Assembly: GCA_013239625.1 (NCBI GenBank)
Contig: MU057352.1
Location: 17,311,447 to 17,375,446 of the forward strand
DNA from: Lama guanicoe
Lineage: Eukaryota
Direction: 5' to 3'
DNA: 64,000 nucleotides
The notes under the pieces are model-generated. The model was not told where the DNA came from. It did not search any database and saw only the letters and a program-made list of their open reading frames with translations. A program made the position numbers and the translations under genes. This document shows, piece by piece, positions 38,126-51,489 of the stretch; positions within the stretch are counted from its first letter, which is position 1; the number at the start of each line of letters is the position of its first letter.

Positions 38126-41037
38126 CTTCAAAACAGGAAAAGAAGGAGTGGGGAGTTATTAATGGATCTCATGCTCTGAACTGGCCCTTTCTGAATTGCA
38201 GGCATTCAATTGATATTTGTTGATTGAGGGATCATTGTCATAGAAATGGAAAATCCATGTCAGGTCAGGCAACTGAATAGTAACATCAGTTAATCTTTCC
38301 AGGCCATGACTGGATGAAAAAATTTTTAATTTTGTCACTTGCCTGGGTGACTGTTGGTATTTCTACGGGGTGGCTAAACTAAAATACTAATTCAACATCA
38401 GGAGAGGCAGTGGTGGTGTTTTTTTTAAAACCATGTCTAATTTGGCAACTGTTACATAATCTAAAAGCAAATCAGGGAAAAATCTGAGTTCAATGGAAAA
38501 AGACCAGATCCTAGGAAATGAAAGTTTACTGAAAACACCATGTGTGGGGCTCTAATGACAAAAACAGAGTGTGAGATGGTCCTCGGGCTATGGAAAAAAT
38601 TTAGTATGTCCTAACGAAGTACTTAGTGTCTATTGATTACACATGGAAACTCACAGCAAGGAAGCAGGTGAGGACACCAAATTAGTGCATTTTAAAAAGT
38701 CAACTATATATACAAGAAGACATTAACTTTTTTAAAAAATTTCCTTTGCCTTTCTCATGAGTACAAACGTAACAGAAAGCCAAAAAAGTTGTTTTCTGAC
38801 TACAACAACAGCAACAACAAGAATATTAGTGTCTTCTGAAAGGAGACACAAGTCATTGTGTTGGAGGGGTGTGGATTATTTTATAATTCGTACGAAGTAA
38901 TGCAGAAAGACTGCAAAATTAGTATGAGCACGTCGCTCGCAACACCCTGATCCTTTGAAATGACTTCTCGCCATGTGTTTTTAAGCCTGCTAAACCCTTC
39001 TGCAGAATTGTGAAAACTTGTCTGGAGAACAGAAAGCATTAAAGATGAATAAAAGGTGTGGGGTTATTTCCCACTGCTTTTTCTTGGAAGAGATTGCTCC
39101 ATTTTTAAATGACGGGGGCTATTTAACTCCAACCGCAATGTATTTACAGTACTTTTTTTTTTTCCATTCATCCAGAGTTTTATTCTTTTCCTCCACTCCA
39201 CCCTGCCTTTCTTCTTATGAATGCAGAGGCATGTAATAACTCAGGGAAAGGGGCTACAGAGGAGCATCAGGGGTTGATTCATCTTTAAATCTTTTCAGTT
39301 TCATGGTGTTTGCTATGATGTGTCAAGCCAGTACTGCATTTCTGCTGTAATTTTTCTTTCTACCTAGACTAGATTCACAGTCTTTTTGAAGTTGTTATGT
39401 GCTTTTGTTGACAAATTGTCTAACACCTCTTGCAGTTCTTAGATTCCTCTAAGTCCTTGAAGGTAATGAAGCAATTTCTGCCCTTCTTTCAGTATCTAAT
39501 AAGGCCTGATGAAGTGGTTCTTCCTAAGGAGTTCAGGTGACAGTTAAATAGGGAAGTTTCACCTGCACACAGGCATCTACTGACCAGATCAGAGGCTCCA
39601 CGACCTTGGGCCTGGCAAATATACCTGGAAGCACTTCTTTGAGTTATTCTGATGTACAAGTCTCGCTCAAACCGTTAGGCTGTTGGAAATCATAAATCTA
39701 CTCTCAAAAAAGAAAAGGAGAAAAAAACATAAAGAAAAGAAATGGAAAGAAAGAAATAGAAAGAAAAACCAAGGCCACGTAGGCAACCCTTGCATGGGGC
39801 TCCTGTGCTAGCTAGCCAGTATGGGAATACTGGGAACTGATGGAGTATAATAGTTAAGAGACCAGCTCCCTGGATTCAAATTTCTGCTGTGCTGTGTGAC
39901 CTGAATCAAATTAAGTAACCACTCTGAGCCTCAGTTTACCCATCTTACAATGAGTATAATAATGCCCACAGTGATTTGGGGATTTAATCATATATTACAT
40001 ATAAAATTAAAAACTTACAGATGTGCTGATAGCCTGGAGTAAAGTAGTTGTTCAAACTGTCAACTTTTGTTATCTCAGGCTGCTCAGAGGCTCAGACGGA
40101 AAGTTAAATAATGTTTGATTTAAAAAAAATGAAAACCTGAGTGATAGTAAATAAAGACATTTTATTTAATAAATAGAACATTTGAAAACCTGAGCTCCAT
40201 AGTAGGATATCGTTTTAGGCTGTACTTGTTATAAATTTCTGGTCTGTATATTAATTTAAATAATTATATTAGCATTGATAATGCCAGAATCCCTTTTCAC
40301 AGTATTAATAAAAAATTCTAAGGCATCATAAAATGACATCTAGAAATTACTGGCTTGGATAATTAAGGATGACATTATTTCTAGTCAGCCAAGAATATTT
40401 GGGGCTGCATTATCCAATAAGAAGATTAAAAATGCATTTAGTGCATCAACAAGAAGGCATGAGAAGAAAATGCCAATTCTTAAAATGAGATTATTTGATA
40501 GAGATATTTCAAAACAAGCATTCAGTGGTCATCAGAGATAAAGTTAGATATTTGTTATAGTTCTTCATATTTATTTGTGCCTTAGAGTGTTTTTTTTTTC
40601 CCTTTAATTACAAATAGGAGTAGACACAGTAATCTTTTCTGTGCTTGGGAGTCCCCTACAGTTCTTAGTCTGGTCCTGAGTCAGACTCCTTTCTGGGGAT
40701 GCGTGAATCCCGTGAGAGTGACTTTTTTAGGCAGTGTCCTCTCATAGTAATGTTCCATTTGGGGATGAAGTTAGTAGAAACGCTGTAACAGAAATCTTTG
40801 CTCTTATTCCCAAATGCCTGGCATGGACATTGAGCCATCTGGTTCATCCAGCAGACAGGAATCACTTGATACAGAAATTCTCTCCCAGCAGCTCTGATTT
40901 CCCGTTGGACAGCTTGCCCAACTTTGTTTGTCATAGACTGCAAGCTCCACACACAAAAGGACCAGGTGGTCTCCATGATTCCTAATATCAATACCAACAG
41001 TGAGAGCATTCCAGAATTTTAGAATCCAAAAGGGTCT

Positions 41038-41511
41038 TGGGGGTGCTGAATAATGGTCCCCCAAAGATGCTCTTATCCTAATACCCAGAACCTGTGAATA
41101 TGTTAACCTTACATGGTAGAAGAGACCTTGAAATTTCGATTAAATTAAGGAGTCTGAGATGGGGAAATTATCCTGGATTGTCAGGTGGGCTCAATCTAAT
41201 CATAAGTCTCCTTTTAAAAGGAAGGCAAAAGGACCAAAGTCAGCGGAAGAAATTGTGACAATATAAGCAGAGATTGGAGTGATGGAGCCATGAGCCAAGT
41301 TTACCAGTAGCTTCTAGAAGCTGGTGGAAGCAGGGAACTGATTCTCCCCTGGAGTACCTGAAAGGAACCAGCCCTGATGATATACTGATTTTAGCCCCAT
41401 AAGACTCATTTTGAACTTGTGACCTCCAGAACCATATAATAATAAGTCTGTGGGGTTTTTAAGCCACTAATCTTCGGTAATCTGTTACAGCAATCATGGT
41501 CAACTAATACA
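41038..41511 (+). mobile_element. MLT1D-type solo LTR
   Basis: ctgaataatggtcccccaaagatg...cagaacctgtgaatatgtta...gattctcccctggag...tttaagccacta...gttacagcaa...aactaataca. Confidence 0.88.
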
Positions 41512-42749
41512 GACTTCACAGATCATCAAATTCAATTTTCTTTTTTTTTTTGATTGAGTGACAAAAGGCCCAGAGAGCATGGCCATTCACTTATTAACTT
41601 ATTCAGCAGCAAAGTATTGAGCTGCTAACATCTGCCAGGTACTGTGAGCAAGAGGCATATGATCCATGCTATGCCTTTTGGAACCTTTCTCCCAGGACCC
41701 TGGGCATCAGAATCTGGAGTGGAGGGTCCCTCCCCCTGAGAAAAAGGATATTTGGAATTGACCAATACTGATGGTGGCAGGCCTGACCCCCAGAGCTGCA
41801 CTGTTTCCATCCCTTCCAGGGACTCGGTAGTTCACTTTTCTTTTAATTTTTTGTAACTGTCCAGAACTTATAAATTCCTTCATTTACACAAGTTGCCTAG
41901 AGTGGGTTTCTGTGGCTGTTATACCCACTCTAGTAAATTATCTAAATAAATAATCAGCTGAGAGTGTCCTCTGAGCACGTCAGAGGTTTGTGGTGGTATC
42001 TTAGAGCAACAGTTTATTTTTAGCAAGCCCACTTTCTTCCACAGAAATAGTCTCCAGGTCATTAGCCAACTGATGTCTCATCCCCAATGAGTTACATCCA
42101 CATCCTCAACTCAGCATTTGAGATATATTTTTCTCTGTCTATGTGGAAAGAAAAATGTGACCCGCAGCCTGAATTTGCAATCCTGTGATGTCTGAACTGC
42201 TAAAATTTGTTGTGGAAAGAATAGTGTTTCTATAAATATGAATTTCATAATAATTCCATGAATATTATCTACCACCAGCAAATGAGAAAGTTGCCTTTGC
42301 TGGATAACTTCTAAAAAAATCGCCATGTAAGGGATGATGGCGGATGTATAATGCCTTAGCTCTCATCCTGCTCAGGGAAGAGCAAGTTTTCCCAATAAAG
42401 AGAAAAGTCAGAGCAGAGGTACTGCCTACATGGGTACACGTCTGTGAGGTTTGGCTTAATTATTTCAAGCACAGACCCTTGATGAATCTGGTCCTAGACA
42501 ACCCGAGAATTCGCTGTGTCTCCCCTTAGCGCTTGCTGGACTCTGATGGTAGCAAGATTCAAAAGGTTGGTTCAGTGACTGAAGTTGAATCCAGGCTCCA
42601 CAACTGGATTTTCTTAGTCAATTCAGTTAACCTGGTTAAGCCACCAGACCCTTAACTAAAAAGTGAAACCAGTGATAGCATCTTTGTTGTAGCTGAATTA
42701 TAAGGTTTAAAAGAACTAGTAAGTGGATGAATGTCATAGAGATGTTCAC

Positions 42750-43090
42750 AAATGCTCTGGTTCTCATCTCTTCTGGGTAAGATTGAACTCTCTCATTCCT
42801 TTTAGAGTGAGGGTGGTGGCCAAGTGACCGACTTTGGCCAATGAAATATGAGCAGAGCTGACCCGTGTCACTTCTGGGAGGAGGCCTTTAAGAGCCAGTG
42901 TTAGATTCACCTTCTCACTGCTTCAGCAGCATCAGGCATCCACGTGGTGACCTCATCATGCAGTGGGGTCCTGGAGTGAGGGTGATGTAGTGTTTATCCA
43001 GCAGCTGTCCTGAGATAAACCTCTTATTTAAAGCCACTGATCCATTTAAGGGCTATTTATCCCTACCACAAAAACTAGACTGCTTGGAAT
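42750..43090 (+). mobile_element. Old MLT1 LTR fragment inside a MIR
   Basis: ctttggccaatgaaatatgagcagag...gtgtcacttctggg...tttaagagccagtg...aagccactga. Confidence 0.65.
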
Positions 43091-43765
43091 CACATGTAAA
43101 GCACTTAACACAGATTGGATGAGAGGTGAGGTCATAAGGGTAATTCATTACTCATTTAATGAAAGTTAGCTGATCACATCTGAACACCATGCAAGGTGAT
43201 TATCATGGAGAAAGGGGAGATAGAGTGCTTGACTTCATGGAGTTCACAATTATGCTGAGCTTGCTACCCTTCCAAAACTGAGAAAAAAACAATCAAATGT
43301 TTCAGATTCCTGCAGGAGAGAGGGCAAAGCTTGGGAAGCTGGGCTGGCCAAAACTCCTCTTACAGGGACAGAAGGGCAAAGAACTGTTACCCCTGCTCAA
43401 GAACAAGAGCTCTGATGGGTACAATGGATATAACCTGGTTGATATTGGTTCGAGGCATGCCTGAAGGTGTGAGTCCTGCCTGGCGATGGCACCATTATTG
43501 ATGCTTCTGCTCTGAGTTTCTTGACCCAATATGTTACAACTACACCCAACAAAATGGCCCTCTTTTATGGAACTCATGCCTAGTTCACTCATATGAACTC
43601 ACATTCTGCCTTGCCTCTGCCATCCCACTAGACCAAAGTAAAACCAAGTGTTTCCCCTCCTGATCCACCATCCGTCTACTCTAGCTGTGTTAGACTTACC
43701 TGAGCTCTAGCCTTAGGACAGCTTTCTGAAGAAGCTGAGAAGCAGCAAATCAAAAGGCTATTTAT

Positions 43766-44436
43766 GGAGATTCCTTAAAAACCTGAAAATAGACTTGCCA
43801 GCAATCCTACTCCTGGGCATATATCCAGAAGAAACTCTTAATTCAACANNNNNNNNNNNNNNNNNNNNNNNNNNNNNNNNNNNNNNNNNNNNNNNNNNNN
43901 NNNNNNNNNNNNNNNNNNNNNNNNNNNNNNNNNNNNNNNNNNNNNNNNNNNNNNNNNNNNNNNNNNNNNNNNNNNNNNNNNNNNNNNNNNNNNNNNNNNN
44001 NNNNNNNNNNNNNNNNNNNNNNNNNNNNNNNNNNNNNNNNNNNNNNNNNNNNGTGAAGTAAGCCAGAAAGATAAAGACAAATACCATATGATATCAATTA
44101 TATGTGGAATCTAAAAAAAGTAATACAAATGAACTTATTTACAAAATAGAAACAGACTCACAGACATAGAAAACAAACTTCTGGTAAGCGAGGAAAAGAG
44201 GAGGGAGGGATAAATTTACAGTTCAAGATTTGCAGATACTAACTACTGTACATAAAATAGAAGAACAACAAGGGCCTACTGTATAGCACAGGGAGCTATA
44301 TTCAGTATCATGTAGTAACCTATAATGAAAAGGAATATGTATGCATGTGTGTGTGTGTCTAACTGAATCACTATGCTGAACACCAGAGACTAATATGACA
44401 CTGTAAATCGACTATACTTCAATTTAAAAAAAAAAA
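43766..44436 (+). mobile_element. 5'-truncated cetartiodactyl-type L1 3' end with poly(A) and ~14-bp TSD (N-gap 43849-44052)
   Basis: ccagcaatcctactcctgggcatatatccaga...gtgaagtaagccagaaag...tatatgtggaatctaaaa...gtatagcacaggga...; TSD AAAAGGCTA(T/C)TTAT at 43752-43765 and 44433-44446. Confidence 0.92.
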
Positions 44437-46278
44437 GGCTACTTATTTCACTCCCTTTCTGGAAACAGACGGCACTTGGTGAATCGTGGTGATGATCCTC
44501 CCTGGGTTCCCAGCAGCGGACCTGAGCTCTGTGATGTGGGGCCTCGTTCCACTGAAGTGGGAAGGCAGAGGTCCCTGTTGCAGTCCTGCTTGTTCCCACA
44601 TGAGAAGGGGTGTGGGCGGTTCTGGACTTTGGAAATCAAGAAAGAGCATCCTTTCATATTGGATTCCGCAGTCAGCAAAGTGGGCTCGGCAGAGATGCCC
44701 CAGCCTAGGTGTTACCTAGCAGAGTGTTCTTGGCACCTCCCAGAGAAGGTGAGGGAAGGACTCTAAGGGAGTTGTTGATGGGCTTCTTTTTTAGACCTGA
44801 AATAGTCTGAAATGAAACACGTGGTTTTTCTGCATTCTTGCTTAAGGGTAGCTTAAGCAGGCTTGATGATGTGGTGAATAAAAACATCATTGTGGGATTC
44901 ATGCTGCTTCATTATGAATCCTGGCCTTGCCGCTTCCGAGATGTACAATCTTGAGTAAATGGTTTGGTCTCTCTGAGTGCCAGGTTTCTTACCTATAGGA
45001 TGGTAATGTTCACGTCTTATCAGTGGTGGTCAAAGAATTAAGTGAGATACTATGTGTTAAGCAGTGTTTGGGGCATAGTGGACTCTCACTATGGGGTCAT
45101 GCCTTTTCCTTTTCCTTCTGAAGCAGGTGTGACTAAGTACTTCCTTTCGCTCTTACATTTCCGGGAGAAAGCATTATGTGTGTTTGCAGGTTACAGAGCC
45201 CTTTCACATGCATCATCTGTTGCATCCATCATATATTTTTTACCCCTCCAGTAATTTTATGAGTAAGTACTGTGATGATGCTCATTTTAAAGATAAAGAA
45301 AGTGAAGCTCAAAGAGATTAGGCAACTTGATCAATGATCACAAAGGCAGTACCTGTCACAAGTGTGACTTGCACTCAAGTACTGATTGCAAAGCTCCTCT
45401 TTATAGTCCTGATTTTTCTCTGAGATTTGCATGGAGTCTGACTTTGTGGTGGCCAAAGATTAAGCCATGTCAGCACTGTCTCTGTCTACTGGTCTTTCTA
45501 TTTCCACGTTATTAGAAACAACTTGCTATAAGGGCAGCCCTGGGCGTAGTGAGCGTTTATCAGTAAAGGGGCAGTTGGGTAAGTGTTAGGTTGAGTGGGG
45601 CCCCCTTATTCTGTAGGACTGGGGTGCCACATTTTTAATCTTGGTAGAGTTTCAGGCAGGCAGTCAAAAAGGGAAAAGAAGGTGTACCTTCTGTCTTTTC
45701 ATCCCTCCCCACAAGCCCCACCCTCATCCCAGGTATGCTGATCTTCCTGGACTGTACCCCTCCTTGCAGGATCATTCGGATCACCAGGAGATGGTTGAGT
45801 TCCTCCACCAAAGGTTACAGCTTGTCTCAAGCTATCATCCTCTTCTTCTGAGTTCCACTAATCATGCCATCTCCTCATTTTCGAGGACCTAAGAATGGTA
45901 AGCTCTCAGAGTCCTGCACACCAATATAAATAATGCCTTATTAAAACTCCCTAAATTTAGTCTGGTTTTCTGATGGGACCCCAAGTGACCCAACAAGTAA
46001 TTCCAAATGGAACTAGGAAAATGTACTCTAGGTAGATAATGGCTGTCAAGAATCAGTTTCTTTATCCATCACCTAACCAAAGTCAATTGCACAGCGTCCT
46101 TTTGGGACTGCTTTTCTCTTTCAAGGATACCCTGGGGAGTAACTTTAATTTGGTTTCCCCTGTGTATAAAAATGTTGGGATCTGGTGATGTCCATATAGT
46201 AAGTAATTTTTTTAATAGATTGTTTTTTAATCTCAAAAAAAAATAGCCTAGCTGAACTTGAGATGTAGTAGAATGTGA

Positions 46279-46442
46279 TTGTCTTAGTGTGTTCTGGCTG
46301 CCAGGACACATACCATAGCCTGGGTGGCTTAAACAGCAGGAATTTATTTCCCACGGCTCTGGAGACTGGAAGTCCAAGATCAAGGTGCCATCAGGGTTGG
46401 GGTTCTGGTGAGATCGCTCTCCCTGGGCTGCAGATGGTCACT
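46279..46442 (-). mobile_element. MLT1A-type LTR fragment
   Basis: tgtcttagtg...taccatagcctgggtggcttaaacagcaggaatttatttcc...ggaagtccaagatcaaggtgcc. Confidence 0.8.
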
Positions 46443-49279
46443 GTCAGTTTCCTTTATTGCTGTCTCATCAAGCAACCCTGTCATTAACTCAGTTTTCCAA
46501 TTGCCTTGCTCCTGGGACAGACTGTAAATGGAAGGCTACTGGGCATGAGCCTTCCGATCACTGGGGTTGTACCTTCTCACGGTTCTCAGTATCTCCCTTT
46601 GTAATCAGTGAAGTGATATTCCTGTTTATAAGGTAGCATCAGAGCTAAAGTTCAGATAAACTCATAGAATCAAGTTTATGCACCTGGAGAGCCAAGGACT
46701 CAGCTCTTCACTGAGATTTTCCTCCAGTGGGTGGCAGCCATGTTGAAACACATCTGGAAAAGTTATCCAGCCCAATCCTTGGCTCTCATCTGCTATCCAG
46801 AGAGGCAGATACAGTTTGAGACTGTTTAGATTCAAGTTCCTATTAGTTTAGATGCAGCAACTGTGAATCTGCAAAACTGACCTAAATAAGCTTCAGGTTT
46901 ATAGTTTGTTACGGGGAGAAAAGGGGGGCATTTCTGTGGCATTGTCCACAAAGTTTACTTTTAATGGGCAGATTTTCATTTAGTGAATTGCAGCAAAACA
47001 AAACAAAAATTTTGCAGACATTTTCCTCTCAGTAGCTACCTGATAAAGCTTAAACTGGCCAACTTCCATGCCCTTCAGGGTTCCAGAAATACAAACAGGA
47101 AGTTAACATTTCGATGGCAATAACAATTCTGTAATAAAAGCCGAGGAGAAACAATAAAACAGAAGGTCAGGACAAAAGCAATTTACATTCTATTAACATC
47201 CTAACACTACATCAGAATAAATTTTAAATATTAAAGTGAAGTCAGAGTAAAATTAGAATAACATTTGTAACCAAATCACTTTATTTTTTTTTTTAGGCAT
47301 GGCTTTGCATTGGTCTTGTAGCAAGGTGCAAATTTATATAGCATTTCTAAATTCCCTCAGTTTGTAAGTTCTGCTGTGTCATCCTATGGATAATTTTGCC
47401 CAAGCAAGTCTCTTTATTTCAGGTGTAAATGTTCTCTTCAAAGAAAACATGATTCTCGTATGATTCATCTTGTTGTTCGTTTGTTCATATTCACTTCATT
47501 ATTGTGAGAAGCCACACATTCTAATGAGTATAATGAGAACAGTGATTTGAAGCAAATCAAATGACTCCTTCAAACATCCCCAGTAAGCCAACAGGGTGAC
47601 AGGCTGTCCTTCGGGCATGGACATAGCTGGTAACTGGTAGAAGTTCCTCGATTTTTCAGTATTTGACCCTTTCTTTCCCAAACTAGTAGACAGACCTTCC
47701 TTCTAACTATGGAAGATGGGCATGGTTTTCTAAGACAGTGAGGAGATACTTCAACCTTGTGTAGAATTAGGATGAACTGAATGCCAATGAGAACGAAAAG
47801 GGGACATGGCCAGGTTGAGATGAGTGATCAGGAGATGATAAACCAGTGTAAAGGACAAAAGAGAGAAAAGAAGGTGTTTAGTTCCATAAACCATGAATTT
47901 TAAAAACTGTAAGCTTGAGATGTGCAAGTCTCTATGGCCTTCTGTCCTTGTCAGACAAGGGCTTATAAAGCAGGTAAAATTGCTAACAACTGGGATACTG
48001 ATACAGAAAATCAGAATCCCTTTCATTGTAGAGAGAATCTATCTCTTATTAATTACTTTTTCTTGTTTAAAGAATATATATTCAGTTTCTTTCAAGGATG
48101 TGAATGCCTTAATAGTAATTTCTAAGCCTTTAAAAATTATTGAGCACCAGATAAGATCCAGGTAAATCCTCATACAAAAATAAATTTTTATCCTCTTTTA
48201 TTTTACCACTTCACCTTATTACTAAAATGTGATTTTGATGTGGGACATTGACACTAATTTTGAACTAGTTGCAACTATACGCATTGCAGTTTACACAGAA
48301 TCCATAGAAAAATATGTCTTTATAAACCTACATCACAACCCTAGAATGTCCCCACTTACTTGGGTTGACAAGTGTGTTTTGATGTGCCACAGCACTGATG
48401 AGGTAGAAGAATGATCTCCTCTGTTTAAATAAATGCAAGACTGATAGCCAGAGAAATAGTAACATGACTCTCTTTTGACTCTAGTTGTGATAAATTTATG
48501 GATTCATGCTTAAGCAAATTACTTTTCTTAACATAATTCGAAGGGGTTTAATACCAGCAAATATGCTAGTCTCAAAGTCCCGTAATTTTAGTGTACTGAG
48601 CACTGACAGGAAATTGTGTAAGAAACTGTTTAAATGGAATGCTGCCCTCTTATGGTTACACAGATCCTTCTAGCCAAACATAAAATCCTAGTCTCTAGTT
48701 GGGGCCATTAATAGAGGAATTAAATTACTGGAGAGATCCAAAAATCTTAACCCACACTTTGATTTTACAGTTACAAAACAGAGTTGCATGGAGGCGACTC
48801 ATTCCAAGTTCGTATCTCTGGGTAGCACAGAGCCAAGGATATATCCAGTTCATTGCTTTTCCCACTCTAATACAAATTTGAATATAATCTTAATTTCTGG
48901 TTTCATAATTTAGATATCTCAAGGGAAATCACAAAATATCAATTTTATCAAAGGGATGTGTCATAAGATTAATTATGCTATCAATATGATGTTAAAACTT
49001 TTCAAAAGTTAGAGGACTTCAGCATTTGATCAAAGCAGAAAATTTGGAGAGTTCTCAAATGTCAAACTAAGAAAATTCCAGTTTTAAGAACATTTTACTT
49101 ATATTCTCCCAAGATCATTCTTATTCTTGCTTATCATCTGAGGAGTCACAGAACCAACTGAGCACTTACCCAACAAGTGGCAGTCTGTCAAAGACTGGAT
49201 AAGAGCTTTTTTTTTTTTCCTAAAAACTTCCATCTCTTCCAAGATAACCATTTGCATTTCTACTTGTTCCCATGCTGTT

Positions 49280-50280
49280 GTTTTATTTGAATGTATATAT
49301 TTTGGTGTATAGTTGAATGACTCTTGATAAATGTCTGCATTTATGTAACCATCATGAGAATCAAGATACAGAAAGTATACATATAGAACATATCCATGTA
49401 TGTCACCCCAAAAAGTTTCCTTGTACTTGGTCTCAGTCAATCTCTCCACTCGGGCCCCAAGCAACTATTTATCAGTTTTCTGTCTAGTCTGCAAAGATTA
49501 GATTTGACATACACAGACCTTCAGATGTAAGAGATTATAAAGTAGGCACTCTTTCATGCCTGACTTCTTTCATTCAGTAGAATGGTTTTGGGATTCATCC
49601 TTGCTGTTTTGTGTATCGATGGTTCACTCCTGTTACGTCTGAGTTGTGTTCCATAGCAGGGATGTACAACAATATTTATCTTCTCACTAGCTATTGGGTT
49701 TTTGGGTTGTTTCTAGTGTTGTGATTTTTATAAAAAAAAAAATACTGCCGTGAAAATTCATGTGAAAGTCACTGTGTGGTCAGATGTTTTCAGTTCTCTT
49801 AGGTAAATACCTAGAAGTACAGCTGTCAGGATAAGTATGTGTTTAACTTTATAAGACCTGCTGAAGTGTCACCCAAAGTGGCTGTATGATTTTACGTCTC
49901 CACCAGAAATGGACGCGAGTTCCCAGTTGCTTCCAAGTCTTGCCACCACCTGATGTCAGCAGTATTTTTAATTTTAGCTATTCTGGTAGTTGGTAGGGAC
50001 ATCTCATTTTGGTAGGGGTTTTCATTTGCATTTATCTGATGGCTAATGATTCTGAAGCTCTTTTCATGTGCCTATATTAACCATTCAAAAATCTTGTCTT
50101 AATGATATGGCTGGCCAAATCTTTTAGCCGTTTGAAAAAAATTGGATTTGCACCTTGTAATTGAGTTGTAAGTGTTCTTTATATATATTCTAGATGCCAG
50201 TCTTTTGTCAGCTGTACGTATTGTTAGTATTTTATCCCAACCTGTGGTTTGCCTTTTCATTTTCTTAATTTTAGTTCGGA
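49280..50280 (-). mobile_element. Old L1 (L1MC/MD-type) 3' region
   Basis: cttaggtaaatacctagaagt, gagttcccagttgcttcca, ttttaattttagctattct, catttgcatttatctgatggctaatgat. Confidence 0.85.
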
Positions 50281-50289
50281 AGTCCCATG

Positions 50290-50638
50290 TGCTGTAAACT
50301 GAAGGTTTATGCCTTCCCCAAATTCATAGGTTGAAACTGTAATCGTCAAAGTGATGATATGAAGAGGTAGAGCCTTTGGGAGGTGAGGGCAGAGGAACAA
50401 GAGATTAGTGCCTTATAATAAAAAAGGTCCAAGAAAGCTCTCTTGCCCCTTCCACGTGGGAGAACACAGTGAGAAGATGCCGTCTCTGAGGAAGCGGGTC
50501 CCCACCTGACACTGAATCTGCCAGCGCCAAGCTCTTGGGCTTCTCAGCCTGCAGGACTGTGAGAAAAAAGATGTTTGTTGTTTATAAACCATCCAGTTTA
50601 TAGCATTTTTGTTACAGCATCCCAAATGAAGTAAGACA
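50290..50638 (+). mobile_element. MLT1A0-type solo LTR
   Basis: tgctgtaaactgaa...cccaaattcataggttgaa...cagcctgcaggactgtgaga...gtaagaca, with CATG repeated on both flanks. Confidence 0.88.
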
Positions 50639-50809
50639 CATGCCCTCCTGTCACTGATCAGTATCCTATTTACAGATACCATTTGGTTATTGAGCCTTTC
50701 AAAATATGGCTCTCATAAATGACCACAATTCTAGTAGATATTCCTTTTTTATAGAAGTATTGTAAGTATATTACTTAATTACAGAAAGACGTATGTAAAA
50801 CTCAATACT

Positions 50810-50985
50810 GACTGACTACTTAAGGGGTATTGGGTTTTCCTTGGAAGTGATGAGAATGTTTTGGAACTAGATAGAAGGCATAGATGCACAAGACAGTGAT
50901 TCAGCTAAATTATACTGAATTGCGTACTTTAAAATGGTTAATTTTATGTTATATGAATTTCACCTTAATTTAAAAAAAATTAAAA
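50810..50985 (+). mobile_element. L1 3' terminal fragment
   Basis: gtgatgagaatgttttggaactagataga...tactttaaaatggttaattttatgttatatgaatttcacctt. Confidence 0.8.
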
Positions 50986-51489
50986 GGGGAAGCGAGTTGT
51001 GTACCTCATCCCATCTCTGAAGGACACATGGGACTGCTTGTAGAACTGTGTCTGGAGAGTGGAAAAGAGAAGACCCACACTTAGGTATGTTCTAAGTGGA
51101 ACTTTAGAACTCCATGTATAAGGAGAAAATTCTAAATGCTTCCAGAGAGAGAAACAGACAACTTACAAAGAAACAAGAAAGACTGATAAGAGCCTCCTCA
51201 TTTTAAAAACTGGCTCAAGAAAACATTAAGCAATATATTCAAAATGCTGAGAAAAAAAAAAAGATTATGAGCCTTGAATTTTATGCCCAGACCAATTATC
51301 ATTCATGTAAATGGCAAAATAAAGATGGATGAAGACATGCCTGGACTTAGGTTATTTATCACCTGAAACGCTATCCAATTAAAGTTATATTTCAATAAAC
51401 TTAAAAAAAAAAACTTAGAAGCTACATTTTATCAGAAACGCCGATAAGCAACAAAACCGGTAAAACTTTCTGTTAAGAATAAGCAGTGC

